Shown: piece by piece, positions 28,973-40,075 of the stretch
Layout of the letters: the number at the start of each line of letters is the position of its first letter
How positions within the stretch are numbered: position 1 is the stretch's first letter
Source: Nitrosopumilus sp.
GTDB taxonomy: Archaea; Thermoproteota; Nitrososphaeria; Nitrososphaerales; Nitrosopumilaceae
Reading direction: 5' to 3'
DNA: 64,000 bases
Assembly: GCA_965224195.1 (NCBI GenBank)
Contig: OZ245040.1
Span: forward strand, 32,001 to 96,000
The notes under the pieces: generated by a model
The model's input: the letters and a program-made list of their open reading frames with translations, nothing else
Told to the model about the DNA's origin: nothing
Database searches by the model: none
Position numbers and translations under genes: made by a program

Positions 28973-29374
28973 TTGTCTGAAGACCCAGAAATTGCAAAAA
29001 TTATGCAAAGAAAAATGGAGGAGATGCTCAAGCCAAAACCAGAGCCCAAAATTGAACCTGGAATTATTGATTTGAACGACTCTAATTTTGATCAAATAAT
29101 ATCAGCTGAGAATCCAACTCTGGTAGATTTTTGGGCAGAGTGGTGTGGTCCTTGCAAATCTATGCATCCAATATTTGAGAGTCTCGCAAAAAAATATCCA
29201 AATGTAAAATTTGCAAGAGTTAACGTTGATCAAAATCAAAATATCTCAACAAAGTATACAGTACAATCAATTCCTACATTCATCATGTTCAAGTCTGGAC
29301 AAATTATAGATAAGATGATGGGGGCAGTAGGTGCACCTGGAATTCATATGATTTGTAAAAAACACTCTAGTTAG
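28973..29374 (+). CDS. trxA: Thioredoxin
   Basis: DFWAEWCGPC, SIPT. Confidence 0.88.
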   Translation: MSEDPEIAKIMQRKMEEMLKPKPEPKIEPGIIDLNDSNFDQIISAENPTLVDFWAEWCGPCKSMHPIFESLAKKYPNVKFARVNVDQNQNISTKYTVQSIPTFIMFKSGQIIDKMMGAVGAPGIHMICKKHSS

Positions 29375-31152
29375 TAACCATACACTGGTTCAATTTCTCT
29401 TTGAATTTTTACAATATCATTAAACACTTCTTGTTCTTCAGGACTTAGTTTGTGCATGAATTTTTGGAGAATTTGTTTTGCTTCATGTGATGGTGGAAAT
29501 GTATAGTATACTTCTTCTTCAAATATTTGTCTACCAATTGTAACATCTTTTACAGAACATGCAACCTCATCTCCTGTTTTTGCAGTCGACACAGTTTTTT
29601 TGTCTAATTGCAGTTGATGTATGTATCCAACCTTATGTCCCTTCATATTCATAAATGGAATTTTGTGTTTTAGATTTCCAACATCAACACGAACACCGAA
29701 CACTGCAGGATTATTATTTCTAAATACCATTCCTTTCATGAATGAAAATTTTGATACCGGTGTTAACTCTGCAAACGTTGCATCTTCTTCATTTGCAGAA
29801 TCTTCTTCTACCCAAGCGTTATAGTTGTCAATTAAACTGTAAATTACTTTGTCCTCAAATAATTTGATGTGACTTGTTTCTGATTCATCTTGTGCATCTT
29901 CTAATAATTTTACATTAAATGCCAAAACAACACCCAGATGTCTGTCTTTTTCTTTGATAGCTTTGGCTTCAATTATATTTCGTCTAGTTACAGGACCAAT
30001 GTCAGCTTTTGCAACAGGAACTTGAGAGCGCTTTAGCATCTCCATAATAGCCTCAAGAGAGCCTATAGTATCGCATTTTAGAATAACTCCATTAGTTTCA
30101 GTATCAACAAATACAGATTTCATCTCAGACTCAATTAATTGTGTGTATTTTACAATTTCCTCATCATTTGATGCAACATAAAGAGTACTTCCTGGAAGAA
30201 CTCCCTCAAGATCAGGTGATGCAATTTTGAATCCAGCTGCTGCCGCCACTTGAGAAACAGGTTTGAATTTATCACGAGGATCACGCATCTCATCAAGGGG
30301 TTTTGGTAAAAGTAATGCCTTGGGTTTTGTAACAATTACACCATCACGTTTTGCAACTACAATGCTGTTTTCTTTTTTAATAATACCATCAATTAGAATT
30401 ACATTTGTAGTTTGGCCTAATCCGACTTCATCTTTTACTTCAAGTACAATTCCATGTGGTTCTTTTTCATCTTGATTTAATCTATTTTGTAGATACTGTT
30501 GTGTCAAACCAACTAAAACACTGAGTAGTTCAGGAATACCAACTCCAGAACGAGCAGAGATTGGAACTATAGCAATTTCTGATTTAAAGTCCTCGATACG
30601 GTAAAATGCTTCAGATTTGTATCCCAAAATGGATAAAGTTCCAACAACATCATACACTTTTTGATCCAAATCAGCTTGAATTGATGCATCTTGTTCTTTG
30701 ATTGATTGTGAAATGAACTTAGTTTCAGACTTTCGCCATCCAGAGATTTGATCACATTTGTTTAGTGCAACAACAAATGGGACTTTTCTACTTTGTAAAA
30801 TTTTTAAGCTTTCATTTGTTTGTGGTTGAAATCCACGATTAACATCAACTACTAGTATTGCAATATCAGCAGCAGAACCACCTCTTGAACGAAGATTTGT
30901 AAACACTTCGTGTCCAGGTGTATCAATTACTAATAGACCAGGAACTTTATTTTCTGCTTGTTCTAGTTTTTTGTATAGAGGACCACACATTTCTTTAATG
31001 GTTTCAGTTGGAAGAAAACTTGCACCAATATGTTGAGTAATTCCACCTGCTTCTCTGCCTTGAACACCTGTTCCACGAATTCTATCTAAAAGAGATGTTT
31101 TTCCAGAGTCTACGTGACCAAGAACTGCCACTATGGGCTGACGAATTTGCAA
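29371..31152 (-). CDS. infB: Translation initiation factor aIF5B/IF-2
   Basis: GHVDSGKTS, REAGGITQHIGA, DTPGHE, NKCD. Confidence 0.97.
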   Translation of the reverse strand: MQIRQPIVAVLGHVDSGKTSLLDRIRGTGVQGREAGGITQHIGASFLPTETIKEMCGPLYKKLEQAENKVPGLLVIDTPGHEVFTNLRSRGGSAADIAILVVDVNRGFQPQTNESLKILQSRKVPFVVALNKCDQISGWRKSETKFISQSIKEQDASIQADLDQKVYDVVGTLSILGYKSEAFYRIEDFKSEIAIVPISARSGVGIPELLSVLVGLTQQYLQNRLNQDEKEPHGIVLEVKDEVGLGQTTNVILIDGIIKKENSIVVAKRDGVIVTKPKALLLPKPLDEMRDPRDKFKPVSQVAAAAGFKIASPDLEGVLPGSTLYVASNDEEIVKYTQLIESEMKSVFVDTETNGVILKCDTIGSLEAIMEMLKRSQVPVAKADIGPVTRRNIIEAKAIKEKDRHLGVVLAFNVKLLEDAQDESETSHIKLFEDKVIYSLIDNYNAWVEEDSANEEDATFAELTPVSKFSFMKGMVFRNNNPAVFGVRVDVGNLKHKIPFMNMKGHKVGYIHQLQLDKKTVSTAKTGDEVACSVKDVTIGRQIFEEEVYYTFPPSHEAKQILQKFMHKLSPEEQEVFNDIVKIQREIEPVYGY

Positions 31153-31158
31153 ACCAGA

Positions 31159-31560
31159 TCACTCAAATGCTACCCTCGATTCGTGATCAAAACTTTCTTG
31201 TGAATCCGATGCGTGAATAATATTCTCACTAAATCCTAATCCAAAGTCTCCTCTAATAGAGCCAGGTTCTGCTTCAAATGATTTTGTTGCACCAATCATA
31301 ATTCTTGTAGTAGCAATTGCATTGTTTCCTTCAATAATAGCAGCTACAGCAGGTCCTGATGTGATAAATGATGTTAACTCGCCAAAGAATGGTTTGTCTT
31401 TGTGAACACCATAGAAATTTTCAGCTTGTGCTTGAGTAAATGTGAACATCTTTAGTTTCAAAAGTTTGAATCCTTTTTTTTCAAATCTTGTTACAACCTC
31501 ACCAACTAGATTTCTAGCTACAGCATCCGGCTTTACAATGAATAAAGATTGTTCAGTCAA
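31159..31560 (-). CDS. ndk: Nucleoside diphosphate kinase
   Basis: IVKPDA, PGSIRGDFG, NIIHASDS. Confidence 0.97.
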   Translation of the reverse strand: MTEQSLFIVKPDAVARNLVGEVVTRFEKKGFKLLKLKMFTFTQAQAENFYGVHKDKPFFGELTSFITSGPAVAAIIEGNNAIATTRIMIGATKSFEAEPGSIRGDFGLGFSENIIHASDSQESFDHESRVAFE

Positions 31561-31562
31561 TT

Positions 31563-31763
31563 CTACTTCTTTCTAATTCCGCCTTTAACGTATTTTTTAG
31601 TCCACTTTAGTTTTCTTGGATCACGTTTTAGGACTAGTGCATTCTTTTTGCATTTTGCAGAACAGAACCATTGAACTGTTCCATCATTTTTAGCAAACAT
31701 AGTACCAGATCCTTTTGCAACTGGTCTATCACAGAAATGACATGGTTTAACTAAAAGACTCAT
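31563..31763 (-). CDS. rpl24e: 50S ribosomal protein L24e
   Basis: CHFC...GSG...FCSAKC...PRKLKWT. Confidence 0.96.
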   Translation of the reverse strand: MSLLVKPCHFCDRPVAKGSGTMFAKNDGTVQWFCSAKCKKNALVLKRDPRKLKWTKKYVKGGIRKK

Positions 31764-31771
31764 CTTAACAC

Positions 31772-31981
31772 CTAATGAATTTTCTTTGCTTCTCTCTCAG
31801 TTTCTCTTAGCATTAGAATTTCTCCCATTCTAACAGAACCTTTGACGTTTCTTGTAAGAATTCTACCTTTATCCTTACCAGTAAGAACTTTAACTCTAAC
31901 TTGAATTACTTCACCGGCAATGCCAGTTCTACCAACAATTTGAATAATTTCAGATTGAACTACTTCAGCGTTTTGACTCAT
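31772..31981 (-). CDS. rps28e: 30S ribosomal protein S28e
   Basis: [23 protein letters not shown]. Confidence 0.96.
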   Translation of the reverse strand: MSQNAEVVQSEIIQIVGRTGIAGEVIQVRVKVLTGKDKGRILTRNVKGSVRMGEILMLRETEREAKKIH

Positions 31982-32364
31982 TCTTCAGTCTTACCGCCTT
32001 TAATTTTAGCTATGGATGATACAACTTGGTCTACAATGTGTTGTGCATCACCTGCATCCAAAATTGCTGCAGCGGCAGAAGTAATATCAATACCTAATGA
32101 TTTGCCTAATTCCTCTTTGCTTGGTACAAATGCATATGCTGCACCTTGTTCCTCACATAAAATTGGAAGATGGGCTACTACCTCTGGAGGTTCAACATCT
32201 TCAGCGATTACAATTAGTTTACTAGTACCACGTTCAATTGCCTTGGTTGCTTCGTTTGTTCCTTTCTTGACTTTACCGCTAGTAGATGCTACTCTTACGG
32301 CCTCTAAAATTGGACTAACGAGTTCTTCTGGCGTCTCAAATTTAACATAATATGATTTTCCCAT
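31978..32364 (-). CDS. rpl7ae: 50S ribosomal protein L7Ae
   Basis: [29 protein letters not shown]. Confidence 0.96.
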   Translation of the reverse strand: MGKSYYVKFETPEELVSPILEAVRVASTSGKVKKGTNEATKAIERGTSKLIVIAEDVEPPEVVAHLPILCEEQGAAYAFVPSKEELGKSLGIDITSAAAAILDAGDAQHIVDQVVSSIAKIKGGKTEE

Positions 32365-32426
32365 ACTTCGTCACCCTAGGGGTTCATTCTCCATTCTATC
32401 CATCGATGAGTTTGGTTTTAAAAGTG

Positions 32427-33776
32427 TTATCGGGAAATAATAGAATTGACTTTTTCTAGATATTCAGACATCAAAGTATCCAATTTCTCCTGGCTTTCAG
32501 CTTCTGCATAAATTCTAACAATTGGTTCAGTCCCACTAGGTCTAATCATTACCCAGTTTTTAGGATCAATTGTAATCTTGATGCCATCAGAAGTATCAGA
32601 ATTAGTAAACTCCTCTTTTAGAGAAGAAATTAGTTTTGGAATTTTTTCAGCAGAACATAGTACCTTATCTTTAGTAGTAAAGGACGGAGGTAAATTTGCA
32701 ATTTCTTCAGATAGGAGTTTTCCAGAGATTGCCAACAAGTCAAGCATCAAAGCCAATGTCATGCATCCATCTCTTACCTGATTATGTTTACCATACATAA
32801 AACCACCATTCTCTTCAAATCCTATCAATGCATCAGTTGGAACCATTTTTCTTGAAACCTCTACACTACCTACTTTAGTTCGAATTACTTTAGAATCAAA
32901 CTTTTCAGCTAATACTTCAATGTTAGAGCTAGAATTCAAACAAGTCACAACTAAAGAGTTTGGATTTTTCTTTAGAATATGTTGTGTGAGAACTAGTGCA
33001 GATTTATCACCTGTAAGAATATCACCATTGTTATCACAAAAAATACTTCTATCACCGTCACCATCAAATGCTATTCCTACATCTGCATTATTTTCTCGTA
33101 CTATTTTTGAAAGTTCAGAAAGATTTTGCGGAGTAGGTTCTGATCCACGTCCTGAAAATGTACCATCGATTTTTTGGTTAACAAGAAATGTTTCACAGCC
33201 TAGTAATTCACAAAAATTAGGAGCAGATACTACTTGTGCACCATTACCTAAGTCCAAAACAACTTTGAAATGTTTTGATTCTATTAGTTTAGAATCAACA
33301 TGTGAAATAATTCCTTTAAGATATGTTTCAATTGCTCTATTTTCTGTTCCTGTAATTCCCCATTTAGTAGGCTTCTTTAACCAGTTTTTTTGCAGATAAA
33401 GATCTTCTATAATTAATTCATCTTCACGTGAAATCTCAACTCCATCTTTTGCACAAGGTTTGATTCCATTGTATTGAGGAGGATTGTGTGATGCAGTAAT
33501 CATAAATCCTCCAGAATATCCCAAAGTCTTTACTGCAAATTCAAGACATGGTGTTGGAATGATTCCTGCAACATTACAATCAATTCCAATAGAATTGAAA
33601 GCAGAACTTACTACTTTACAGATAGCAGGACTAGACTCTCGTCCATCATATCCTATCAATACAGGGCCTTTGCCAAAGAATGTTCCAATTGCAAGTGTCA
33701 TATCATGAACGAATTCTAATGTGAAATCTTCAGAAAAGACTCCACGGATTCCATTTGTTCCAAAAAATTTCGCCAC
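32427..33776 (-). CDS. glmM: Phosphoglucosamine mutase / phosphohexomutase
   Basis: FGTNGIRG, TASHNP, FDGDGDR, RPSGTEP. Confidence 0.85.
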   Translation of the reverse strand: MAKFFGTNGIRGVFSEDFTLEFVHDMTLAIGTFFGKGPVLIGYDGRESSPAICKVVSSAFNSIGIDCNVAGIIPTPCLEFAVKTLGYSGGFMITASHNPPQYNGIKPCAKDGVEISREDELIIEDLYLQKNWLKKPTKWGITGTENRAIETYLKGIISHVDSKLIESKHFKVVLDLGNGAQVVSAPNFCELLGCETFLVNQKIDGTFSGRGSEPTPQNLSELSKIVRENNADVGIAFDGDGDRSIFCDNNGDILTGDKSALVLTQHILKKNPNSLVVTCLNSSSNIEVLAEKFDSKVIRTKVGSVEVSRKMVPTDALIGFEENGGFMYGKHNQVRDGCMTLALMLDLLAISGKLLSEEIANLPPSFTTKDKVLCSAEKIPKLISSLKEEFTNSDTSDGIKITIDPKNWVMIRPSGTEPIVRIYAEAESQEKLDTLMSEYLEKVNSIISR

Positions 33777-33823
33777 AATATTCTGTAATAATAGATAAAT
33801 TTGTGTTTAATGGCAAATTCGTT

Positions 33824-33911
33824 GCGGGAGTCGCCCAGCCTGGTCAAAGGCGTAGGGCTTAGGACCCTATATCTTAGGATTTCGTGGGTTCGAATCCCAC
33901 CTCCCGCACCA
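33824..33911 (+). tRNA. tRNA-Leu(TAG), with long variable arm and encoded CCA
   Basis: GCGGGAG/CTCCCGC acceptor stem, anticodon arm taggg-ctTAGga-cccta, GTTCGAATC T-loop. Confidence 0.97.
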
Positions 33912-33962
33912 TCTAGATTTCTGTGAATGATTAATAATGAGAAAATCTTCAGCAAACAAGTC

Positions 33963-34805
33963 ATGAAAAAAACAGTGGTTGGAATTACAGTTGTAGGTAA
34001 AGATAGAGAGGGAATTGTAGCTACATTTACAAATTTTGCATTTTCTAAAGGTGGAAATATTGAGAAAGTAAATCAAAATGTAATCAAAGGTCTTTTTGGC
34101 ATGTATCTAGAAGTATCATTTTCAAAAACAATTGATGTAAAGGAATTTGATTTAAGCATTCAAGGTATTGCTAAAAAAGAAAAAATGGATGTAAGTACAC
34201 ATCATGAAACAAATTCGCAAAAAAATATCGCAGTGCTAGTAACTAAAGAATCACTTTGTATTCAAACAATTCTTGCAAACGTAAAATCACTCAAAGGAAA
34301 AATTTCAGTAATCATTGGAACTGAAAAAACATTAGAAACTCTAGCAAAAAAAGCAAAAATCCCATTTGTTTTGATAGAAGATAAAGTGCAAGATAAAGCT
34401 GAAGATAAGATTATTCAAATATGTAAAAAATACAATATTGATTTAATCTCACTTGCAAGATACATGAGAATTCTTAGTCCTAACTTTGTTTGGAGATATC
34501 CAAATAGAATAATTAACATTCATCCATCATTATTACCAGCATTTCCAGGAGCTTCAGCATATGCACAAGCTTTTGAAAGAGGTACAAAGATTGTTGGTGT
34601 TACATCTCATTATGTAACAGAGAACTTGGACCAAGGACCAATTATTTTTCAAGACTCTTTCAAAGTTGATCCAAATGATACATTAGAAAAAATGAAAGTT
34701 AAAGGACAAAAACTGGAAGCAGATACATTAGTAAAAGCAATGAAAATGCATTTAGAAAATAAACTTGAAGTTCGTTGGAGAAAGGTTCACATCAAATCAA
34801 AGTGA
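33963..34805 (+). CDS. purU: Formyltetrahydrofolate deformylase
   Basis: N-terminal ACT domain, LARYMRIL, INIHPSLLPAF, LDQGPII. Confidence 0.9.
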   Translation: MKKTVVGITVVGKDREGIVATFTNFAFSKGGNIEKVNQNVIKGLFGMYLEVSFSKTIDVKEFDLSIQGIAKKEKMDVSTHHETNSQKNIAVLVTKESLCIQTILANVKSLKGKISVIIGTEKTLETLAKKAKIPFVLIEDKVQDKAEDKIIQICKKYNIDLISLARYMRILSPNFVWRYPNRIINIHPSLLPAFPGASAYAQAFERGTKIVGVTSHYVTENLDQGPIIFQDSFKVDPNDTLEKMKVKGQKLEADTLVKAMKMHLENKLEVRWRKVHIKSK

Positions 34806-34810
34806 ATTAA

Positions 34811-35533
34811 ATGGTAGATATCAAAATACAATTTGATCCTAATTTAAGAAAATCAATATCAAATAAAAAACAAGTAGCAGTTATTCCAATAGGCTCAATG
34901 GAGCAACATGGTGCTCATTTACCGGTATCAACTGATTCGGATATTGTAACTGAAGTTGCAAAAAAGATCTCAGAAAAATATGGATATCTATTACTGCCTA
35001 CACTAAACTATGGAGTGTCATTTGAACATGCACCATTCTTTAACTTGAGTATAAGAGAATCAACTCTACGAATTGTTCTAACTGATTTGTGTACATCATT
35101 ATTATCAAACAATATCAAAACAGTTTTCATAATTAATGGCCATCATGGAAATCTAAAATCAATAAAAAATCTAGACATTAAACTAAAAAAAATCTCAAAA
35201 AATAAACTAAAAGTATTCCCACTATCTTATTGGCATTTTATGAAAAGAGAGTTTGACCACGCAGGGTTTGTAGAGACATCACTAATGTTGGCAATTTCGA
35301 AAAATGTTAAAATGAACTTGGCAAAGAAAGGTCTAAATACTAATGGAATGACAAAACAGGAAATCATCAAACTTGGAAAACTAGCAAATCAATCATTTCC
35401 TAAAGCTACCAAAAACGGAATTTGGGGTGATCCTAGAAAAGCCACAAAGAAAGATGGCCAAGTGATTTTAGATGAAATCATCAAAAATCTTGGAAAAAAG
35501 TGTCAAACTTGCCTTACTGAGCATAGCTCATAG
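34811..35533 (+). CDS. Creatininase/ArfB-family amidohydrolase
   Basis: GSMEQHGAHLP..TD, NGHHGN, DHAGFVETS. Confidence 0.88.
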   Translation: MVDIKIQFDPNLRKSISNKKQVAVIPIGSMEQHGAHLPVSTDSDIVTEVAKKISEKYGYLLLPTLNYGVSFEHAPFFNLSIRESTLRIVLTDLCTSLLSNNIKTVFIINGHHGNLKSIKNLDIKLKKISKNKLKVFPLSYWHFMKREFDHAGFVETSLMLAISKNVKMNLAKKGLNTNGMTKQEIIKLGKLANQSFPKATKNGIWGDPRKATKKDGQVILDEIIKNLGKKCQTCLTEHSS

Positions 35534-35591
35534 TTTAACCAATGGAAATTTAATATAACGCCTCGATATCCATGTCAATAAGTGATTATTG

Positions 35592-35828
35592 ATGTCCGTT
35601 GATATGGCAGTAAAAGTATTGGATGAGAGTATCAATCAAGTAGTATTGATAAAACTCAAAGGAAGCAAGACCATTAGAGGTACTCTTTTAGGTTTTGACC
35701 AACACATGAACCTGCTACTCGATTCTTCAGAGGAAATTCCTGCTGAAGGCGATTCTATTAGCCTCGGAAGCATTGTGGTAAGAGGAGATAATGTAGTAAT
35801 GATTTCTCCCCCACCAGCACAACATTAG
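35592..35828 (+). CDS. Sm-like (Lsm) RNA-binding protein
   Basis: GTLLGFDQHMNLLL, VVRGDNV; upstream of L37e as in other archaea. Confidence 0.95.
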   Translation: MSVDMAVKVLDESINQVVLIKLKGSKTIRGTLLGFDQHMNLLLDSSEEIPAEGDSISLGSIVVRGDNVVMISPPPAQH

Positions 35829-35838
35829 GTGATTTGCA

Positions 35839-36006
35839 ATGACTAAAGGTACAACTTCTATGGGTGGTTTTACAAAGAAGAAAGTTCACATCAGATGTAG
35901 AAGATGTGGTAAGAACTCACTTCACAAACGTCATCACCAATGTGCAAGTTGTGGATTCCCAGAGGCTAAACGCAGAAAGTATTCCTGGATTAAATGGTAT
36001 ACATAG
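35839..36006 (+). CDS. rpl37e: 50S ribosomal protein L37e
   Basis: Read by hand: MTKGTTSMG...HIRCRRCG...CASCGFP...YSW. Confidence 0.95.
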   Translation: MTKGTTSMGGFTKKKVHIRCRRCGKNSLHKRHHQCASCGFPEAKRRKYSWIKWYT

Positions 36007-36963
36007 ATGCAAGAAATTGTTCTAATTCTTAGTTCATTAGCAGGTGTTGCTACAGCCGCTGCTGTACATAAAATGCCAAGAGACAAAAATCAATTACTCA
36101 GTCTTGGTGCTAGTTCGCACATCAAAAGTCAAATCAGTTCATTAAAAATAGAAAAAGATATTCTAACTAAAACTATTTCAAGATTATATCAAGCAGAATC
36201 AGAATTTTCTAAAATTCAAAAAGACAAATTGCTACTAAAGTATCAACATCAATTAGGAATAGTACTAGCTAAATTAGAGAAACTTGAACAAACAAGTCAT
36301 CATCCAGACTTGGGTCCAGTAGGGGATGGTTTGATCACATTGATGGATCAAAAATTATCAAAATTAGATGACAGATTGTATGAATTATCATCAAAGATGG
36401 TAAGTGCTAAAGTTGAAACACCAAAAGTAAAAGTTCCCGAAATAAAACAAGAAACAAAACAAAAGGTTTCCAACGTATTCAATTTTGATAAACCAAAAGA
36501 AAGTAAATTAGATCCTATTGTAATTCCTCCAACAAAATCAAGACAGTCATTTGAATTAACAACTCTAACAAACATTTCAAGAGGTGAACCAAAATTCCCT
36601 CGATTCGAAAACAAATCTAAGCAAGTTGTAAAACCAATGCCACAACCAAGAGTTGTTCCAACTGAAGTAATCAAACCAAAAGATGAAATTGTTCAAGAAA
36701 TTATCCAACCAAAACCAAAAGTTGAAGATAAAATTGAGATTATTCAATCAGTAATATCAAAACCTGAGATTAACCTTGGAACTAAACCAGACTTGAACAA
36801 AGAAGTTGCAAAGATTACAGAACATAAAGCACTTCCAGAGCCAACTAAATCAAAACCAGTTACATTAGATGATGACTTTGATGATGATACAGATGATTTA
36901 GATAAAATCAAAGGTGATATCATGAGAGTGTTATCAAAACTAGATCAAGCAGAGGTAGAATAA
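36007..36963 (+). CDS. Conserved hypothetical protein (N-terminal anchor, coiled coil, Pro/Lys-rich linker)
   Basis: 318-aa ORF abutting rpl37e and rpiA. Confidence 0.75.
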   Translation: MQEIVLILSSLAGVATAAAVHKMPRDKNQLLSLGASSHIKSQISSLKIEKDILTKTISRLYQAESEFSKIQKDKLLLKYQHQLGIVLAKLEKLEQTSHHPDLGPVGDGLITLMDQKLSKLDDRLYELSSKMVSAKVETPKVKVPEIKQETKQKVSNVFNFDKPKESKLDPIVIPPTKSRQSFELTTLTNISRGEPKFPRFENKSKQVVKPMPQPRVVPTEVIKPKDEIVQEIIQPKPKVEDKIEIIQSVISKPEINLGTKPDLNKEVAKITEHKALPEPTKSKPVTLDDDFDDDTDDLDKIKGDIMRVLSKLDQAEVE

Positions 36964-37638
36964 TTGACTTATGATGATGCCATAAAGGCATTATCAAGTG
37001 ATGCATTGAAATTTGTTAAAGACGATTATATTATTGGATTAGGTAGTGGACGAGCAGCCACTTCACTTGTAAAATCACTTTCAAAATTAATCAAACTAAA
37101 AAATTACAATATTGTCGGAGTTCCAACATCATTACAGATCAAATTAATTGCAGAAAAAGGTGGTATTCCACTAGTAGAAGCAGATCAAGTAGAACATATC
37201 GATGTTATATTTGATGGTGCAGATCAAATCGATTCACAAAAACATGTAATCAAAGGCGGAGGTGGTGCACTATTACGAGAAAATATTTTGTTTAATCTTG
37301 CAAAAAAAGTGGTAGTAATGGCAGACAAGACAAAGTTTGTAAAGAATTTTACAAGAACAGTTCCAGTTGAAATTCATCCACTAGCAAGAAACTCTGTTAC
37401 AAAATCAGTTAAAAAACTAGGAGGAGAAGCACAAATTCGCTCACTTGAAAGAGGATATCCATTCTTTACAGAAAATGGAAACATAATTTTAGATTGTGAT
37501 TTTGGAACTATAAAAAATCCCAAAATATTAACTCAAAAAATTAAACAAACTACAGGGGTTTTAGAATCAGGTATATTTCTAAAAAAACCAGATGTTATTT
37601 ACAAAGTCAAAGATAACGGTAAATTTGATATTTTATAG
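36964..37638 (+). CDS. rpiA: Ribose-5-phosphate isomerase A
   Basis: GLGSG, DGADQID, KGGGGALLRE, TENGNIILD. Confidence 0.95.
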   Translation: MTYDDAIKALSSDALKFVKDDYIIGLGSGRAATSLVKSLSKLIKLKNYNIVGVPTSLQIKLIAEKGGIPLVEADQVEHIDVIFDGADQIDSQKHVIKGGGGALLRENILFNLAKKVVVMADKTKFVKNFTRTVPVEIHPLARNSVTKSVKKLGGEAQIRSLERGYPFFTENGNIILDCDFGTIKNPKILTQKIKQTTGVLESGIFLKKPDVIYKVKDNGKFDIL

Positions 37639-37641
37639 AAA

Positions 37642-38535
37642 TTAATGTTCTTGTATAGGATTTTCATGTCTTATTGAATTCATGAAATCTTTATGTTGTA
37701 ACATTAATTCTATCATTTGTTCTCGTAAATCTTCATCATCCATTACAGCATAAAGTATAGGTTCCATCATTTGATTAGACATCATAGCCATATGAGAAGA
37801 ATCTTCAAGCATCATGGAATGCATATCTTTAGTCATTTCAGGATTTATCCACACATGATGAATCATATCCATCATTTTGTTAGAACCAGACATCATCATT
37901 CCATGAGAATTCATAGAATCGTGTTCATCATGAGAACACCAAGTACATTCTGATTGATGCATTCCTTGCCCCATTCCAGAACCCATCATGGGTTGATGTA
38001 TTGAATCCATCCATGCTGAATGTGATTTTAAATAAATTTCCATCTGAGGATGATTTTTCATTGTATGAATCATTTTTTTGCGTAATTCAGGATCACTGGT
38101 CATTGGAGATAACATATTTTTCAGTAATTCAGGATTATTTTTCATTTGTAAAACCCAATCATCCATAATTTCCATCATCATAATAGGATTGTTTTGTATC
38201 ATTTCATGCCAATGAGACATTAAATTCTCATTTGAAGCCATACTGTTCATAAAATTATTCATCATCTCTGGATTTTTATCTATAATTGATTGATTGTGTA
38301 AACCATATCCTCTATCAACTAATTTTAGATATGTAGATGGCATTACACATGCAGGATTACCATTACTTTTTTGGATTAACAAATATCCAGATTTACAAGT
38401 TAACATGTCAATATCTGCAAATTTTTTCCATTGTTGATGAGGAGACATTTGTTGTGCAAAAGAATTCTCAAAGAATGAAGGACTAATGGCAATAGTTAGG
38501 ATCATAACAAATAGAAATACAAACTGAGAATTCAA
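37642..38535 (-). CDS. Secreted Met/His-rich protein, possibly copper-binding
   Basis: Signal peptide, SPHQQ...C...ACV...KLVDRG domain, very high Met/His content, CTWC. Confidence 0.75.
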   Translation of the reverse strand: MNSQFVFLFVMILTIAISPSFFENSFAQQMSPHQQWKKFADIDMLTCKSGYLLIQKSNGNPACVMPSTYLKLVDRGYGLHNQSIIDKNPEMMNNFMNSMASNENLMSHWHEMIQNNPIMMMEIMDDWVLQMKNNPELLKNMLSPMTSDPELRKKMIHTMKNHPQMEIYLKSHSAWMDSIHQPMMGSGMGQGMHQSECTWCSHDEHDSMNSHGMMMSGSNKMMDMIHHVWINPEMTKDMHSMMLEDSSHMAMMSNQMMEPILYAVMDDEDLREQMIELMLQHKDFMNSIRHENPIQEH

Positions 38536-38596
38536 TGGTAAAAATTAGTTTTTTGCTCTTAAAAAGCAATCGTAAAAAACCAAATTTATAAATTAA

Positions 38597-40000
38597 TTAT
38601 TTTGAAAATAAATTAATTTTTCTATCTACTAGTTTACCATGACCAAGTTTTCCAATCACTTCAAAGTTTTCAGCAACTAATTCACCTCTAACAATTGTTT
38701 TCACAGGCCATCCAATTAGATTTCTTCCCTCATATACAATATAATCAGAAAATCCGCCAAACAAATTAGAAGTTACAGTTTTTTCTTTTTTCAAATCAAT
38801 CATTGTTATATCAGCATCAGAATTTTTCTCAATAGTTCCTTTTTGTGGATACATTCCAAAAATTTGAGCAGCATTTTGACTAGTAAATCGAACAAATTGT
38901 TCCAAAGATATTTTCTTTTGATTAACTCCATCATTAAGTAAAATAGGAATTGCTGTGCCTATTCCAGGGAATCCTGCTAGTGCACTCCACACGTTATCTC
39001 CATCTAGTTTGAGTTTGAGTTGATTTGCAACATGATCCGTACCTATAGTATCAATTTGATTATTTGATAATGCATTCCACACTGCTTTGCGATCATCCTC
39101 AGTCCTAATTGGAGGCATTACTTTAGCAAGATACCCAGATTGTTTTTCATAGGATAAAGTCAAGTAATGAGGACAAGTTTCAACAAAAATTTTAGTTCCT
39201 AATTTTTTCTCTTCTTCAATTTGTTTTAGTGCACGTTCAGAACCAATATGAACAAAAAATATCACACAATCATAATCTCTACCAAATTTTGATATTGTCT
39301 TAATAGCTTTTGCTTCAAATTCTGAAGAACGACTAGAAGACCATGCTGATAATCCATCTTGATTTTTTTCTTTTGCAGTTTTAATTCCACATCCACATGA
39401 CTCATAATCTTCTGCATGAACTAGAACAGGACATCCAAGTTCAGCTGCGGCCTTTACAGTTTGCTCAACTAATTCATCAGTTACATTCACTTGAGCTTGA
39501 ACTAGACTAGAAGAATTTGGAGGCATGTCCATGTATACATGGCCGACTTCACCGCCAAGATTCATGTAAATTTTAAAAGATGTAATTCCTTTTTCAATAC
39601 AATAGTTCATCTCGCTAATCTGTTGTGGTGTAAAAATTGAAGCATGTATTGCATAATCAACATAATGATTTTGAGATGCCGTATCAAGTTGTGATTGTAA
39701 AGAATTTGTGAATGGATCACCTAATCGAAGCATTCGCATCATAGTAGTAATTCCACCAATTGCTGCAGCATGAGATTCGGTTTTTGCAGCTTCGTTAATT
39801 GGAGAATAAACTCCATAGTGAACATGTGTGTCAATTGGCCCTGGAACTGAGACTAAACCTGAGCCGTTAATTTTATGATCACATGCAGGTGTATCAGTGG
39901 TAAGCCCTACAATTTTTCCCTCATCTATGAGAATATTTTTCTCAACCATTCCATTTGGGAGGATAACATGTGAGTCAGTGATTATAGTATCATATGTCAT
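38597..40000 (-). CDS. Cyclic amidohydrolase (dihydropyrimidinase/allantoinase/dihydroorotase family)
   Basis: IDTHVH, GGITT, SFKIYM, VHAED, ETCPHYL, GTDH. Confidence 0.9.
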   Translation of the reverse strand: MTYDTIITDSHVILPNGMVEKNILIDEGKIVGLTTDTPACDHKINGSGLVSVPGPIDTHVHYGVYSPINEAAKTESHAAAIGGITTMMRMLRLGDPFTNSLQSQLDTASQNHYVDYAIHASIFTPQQISEMNYCIEKGITSFKIYMNLGGEVGHVYMDMPPNSSSLVQAQVNVTDELVEQTVKAAAELGCPVLVHAEDYESCGCGIKTAKEKNQDGLSAWSSSRSSEFEAKAIKTISKFGRDYDCVIFFVHIGSERALKQIEEEKKLGTKIFVETCPHYLTLSYEKQSGYLAKVMPPIRTEDDRKAVWNALSNNQIDTIGTDHVANQLKLKLDGDNVWSALAGFPGIGTAIPILLNDGVNQKKISLEQFVRFTSQNAAQIFGMYPQKGTIEKNSDADITMIDLKKEKTVTSNLFGGFSDYIVYEGRNLIGWPVKTIVRGELVAENFEVIGKLGHGKLVDRKINLFSK

Positions 40001-40075
40001 CTAGGAATTTTACGAAATGCAGGCTATTATGCGTTGAGAAAATGAATAAAAGAACAATACAAAATGGTATTCTGA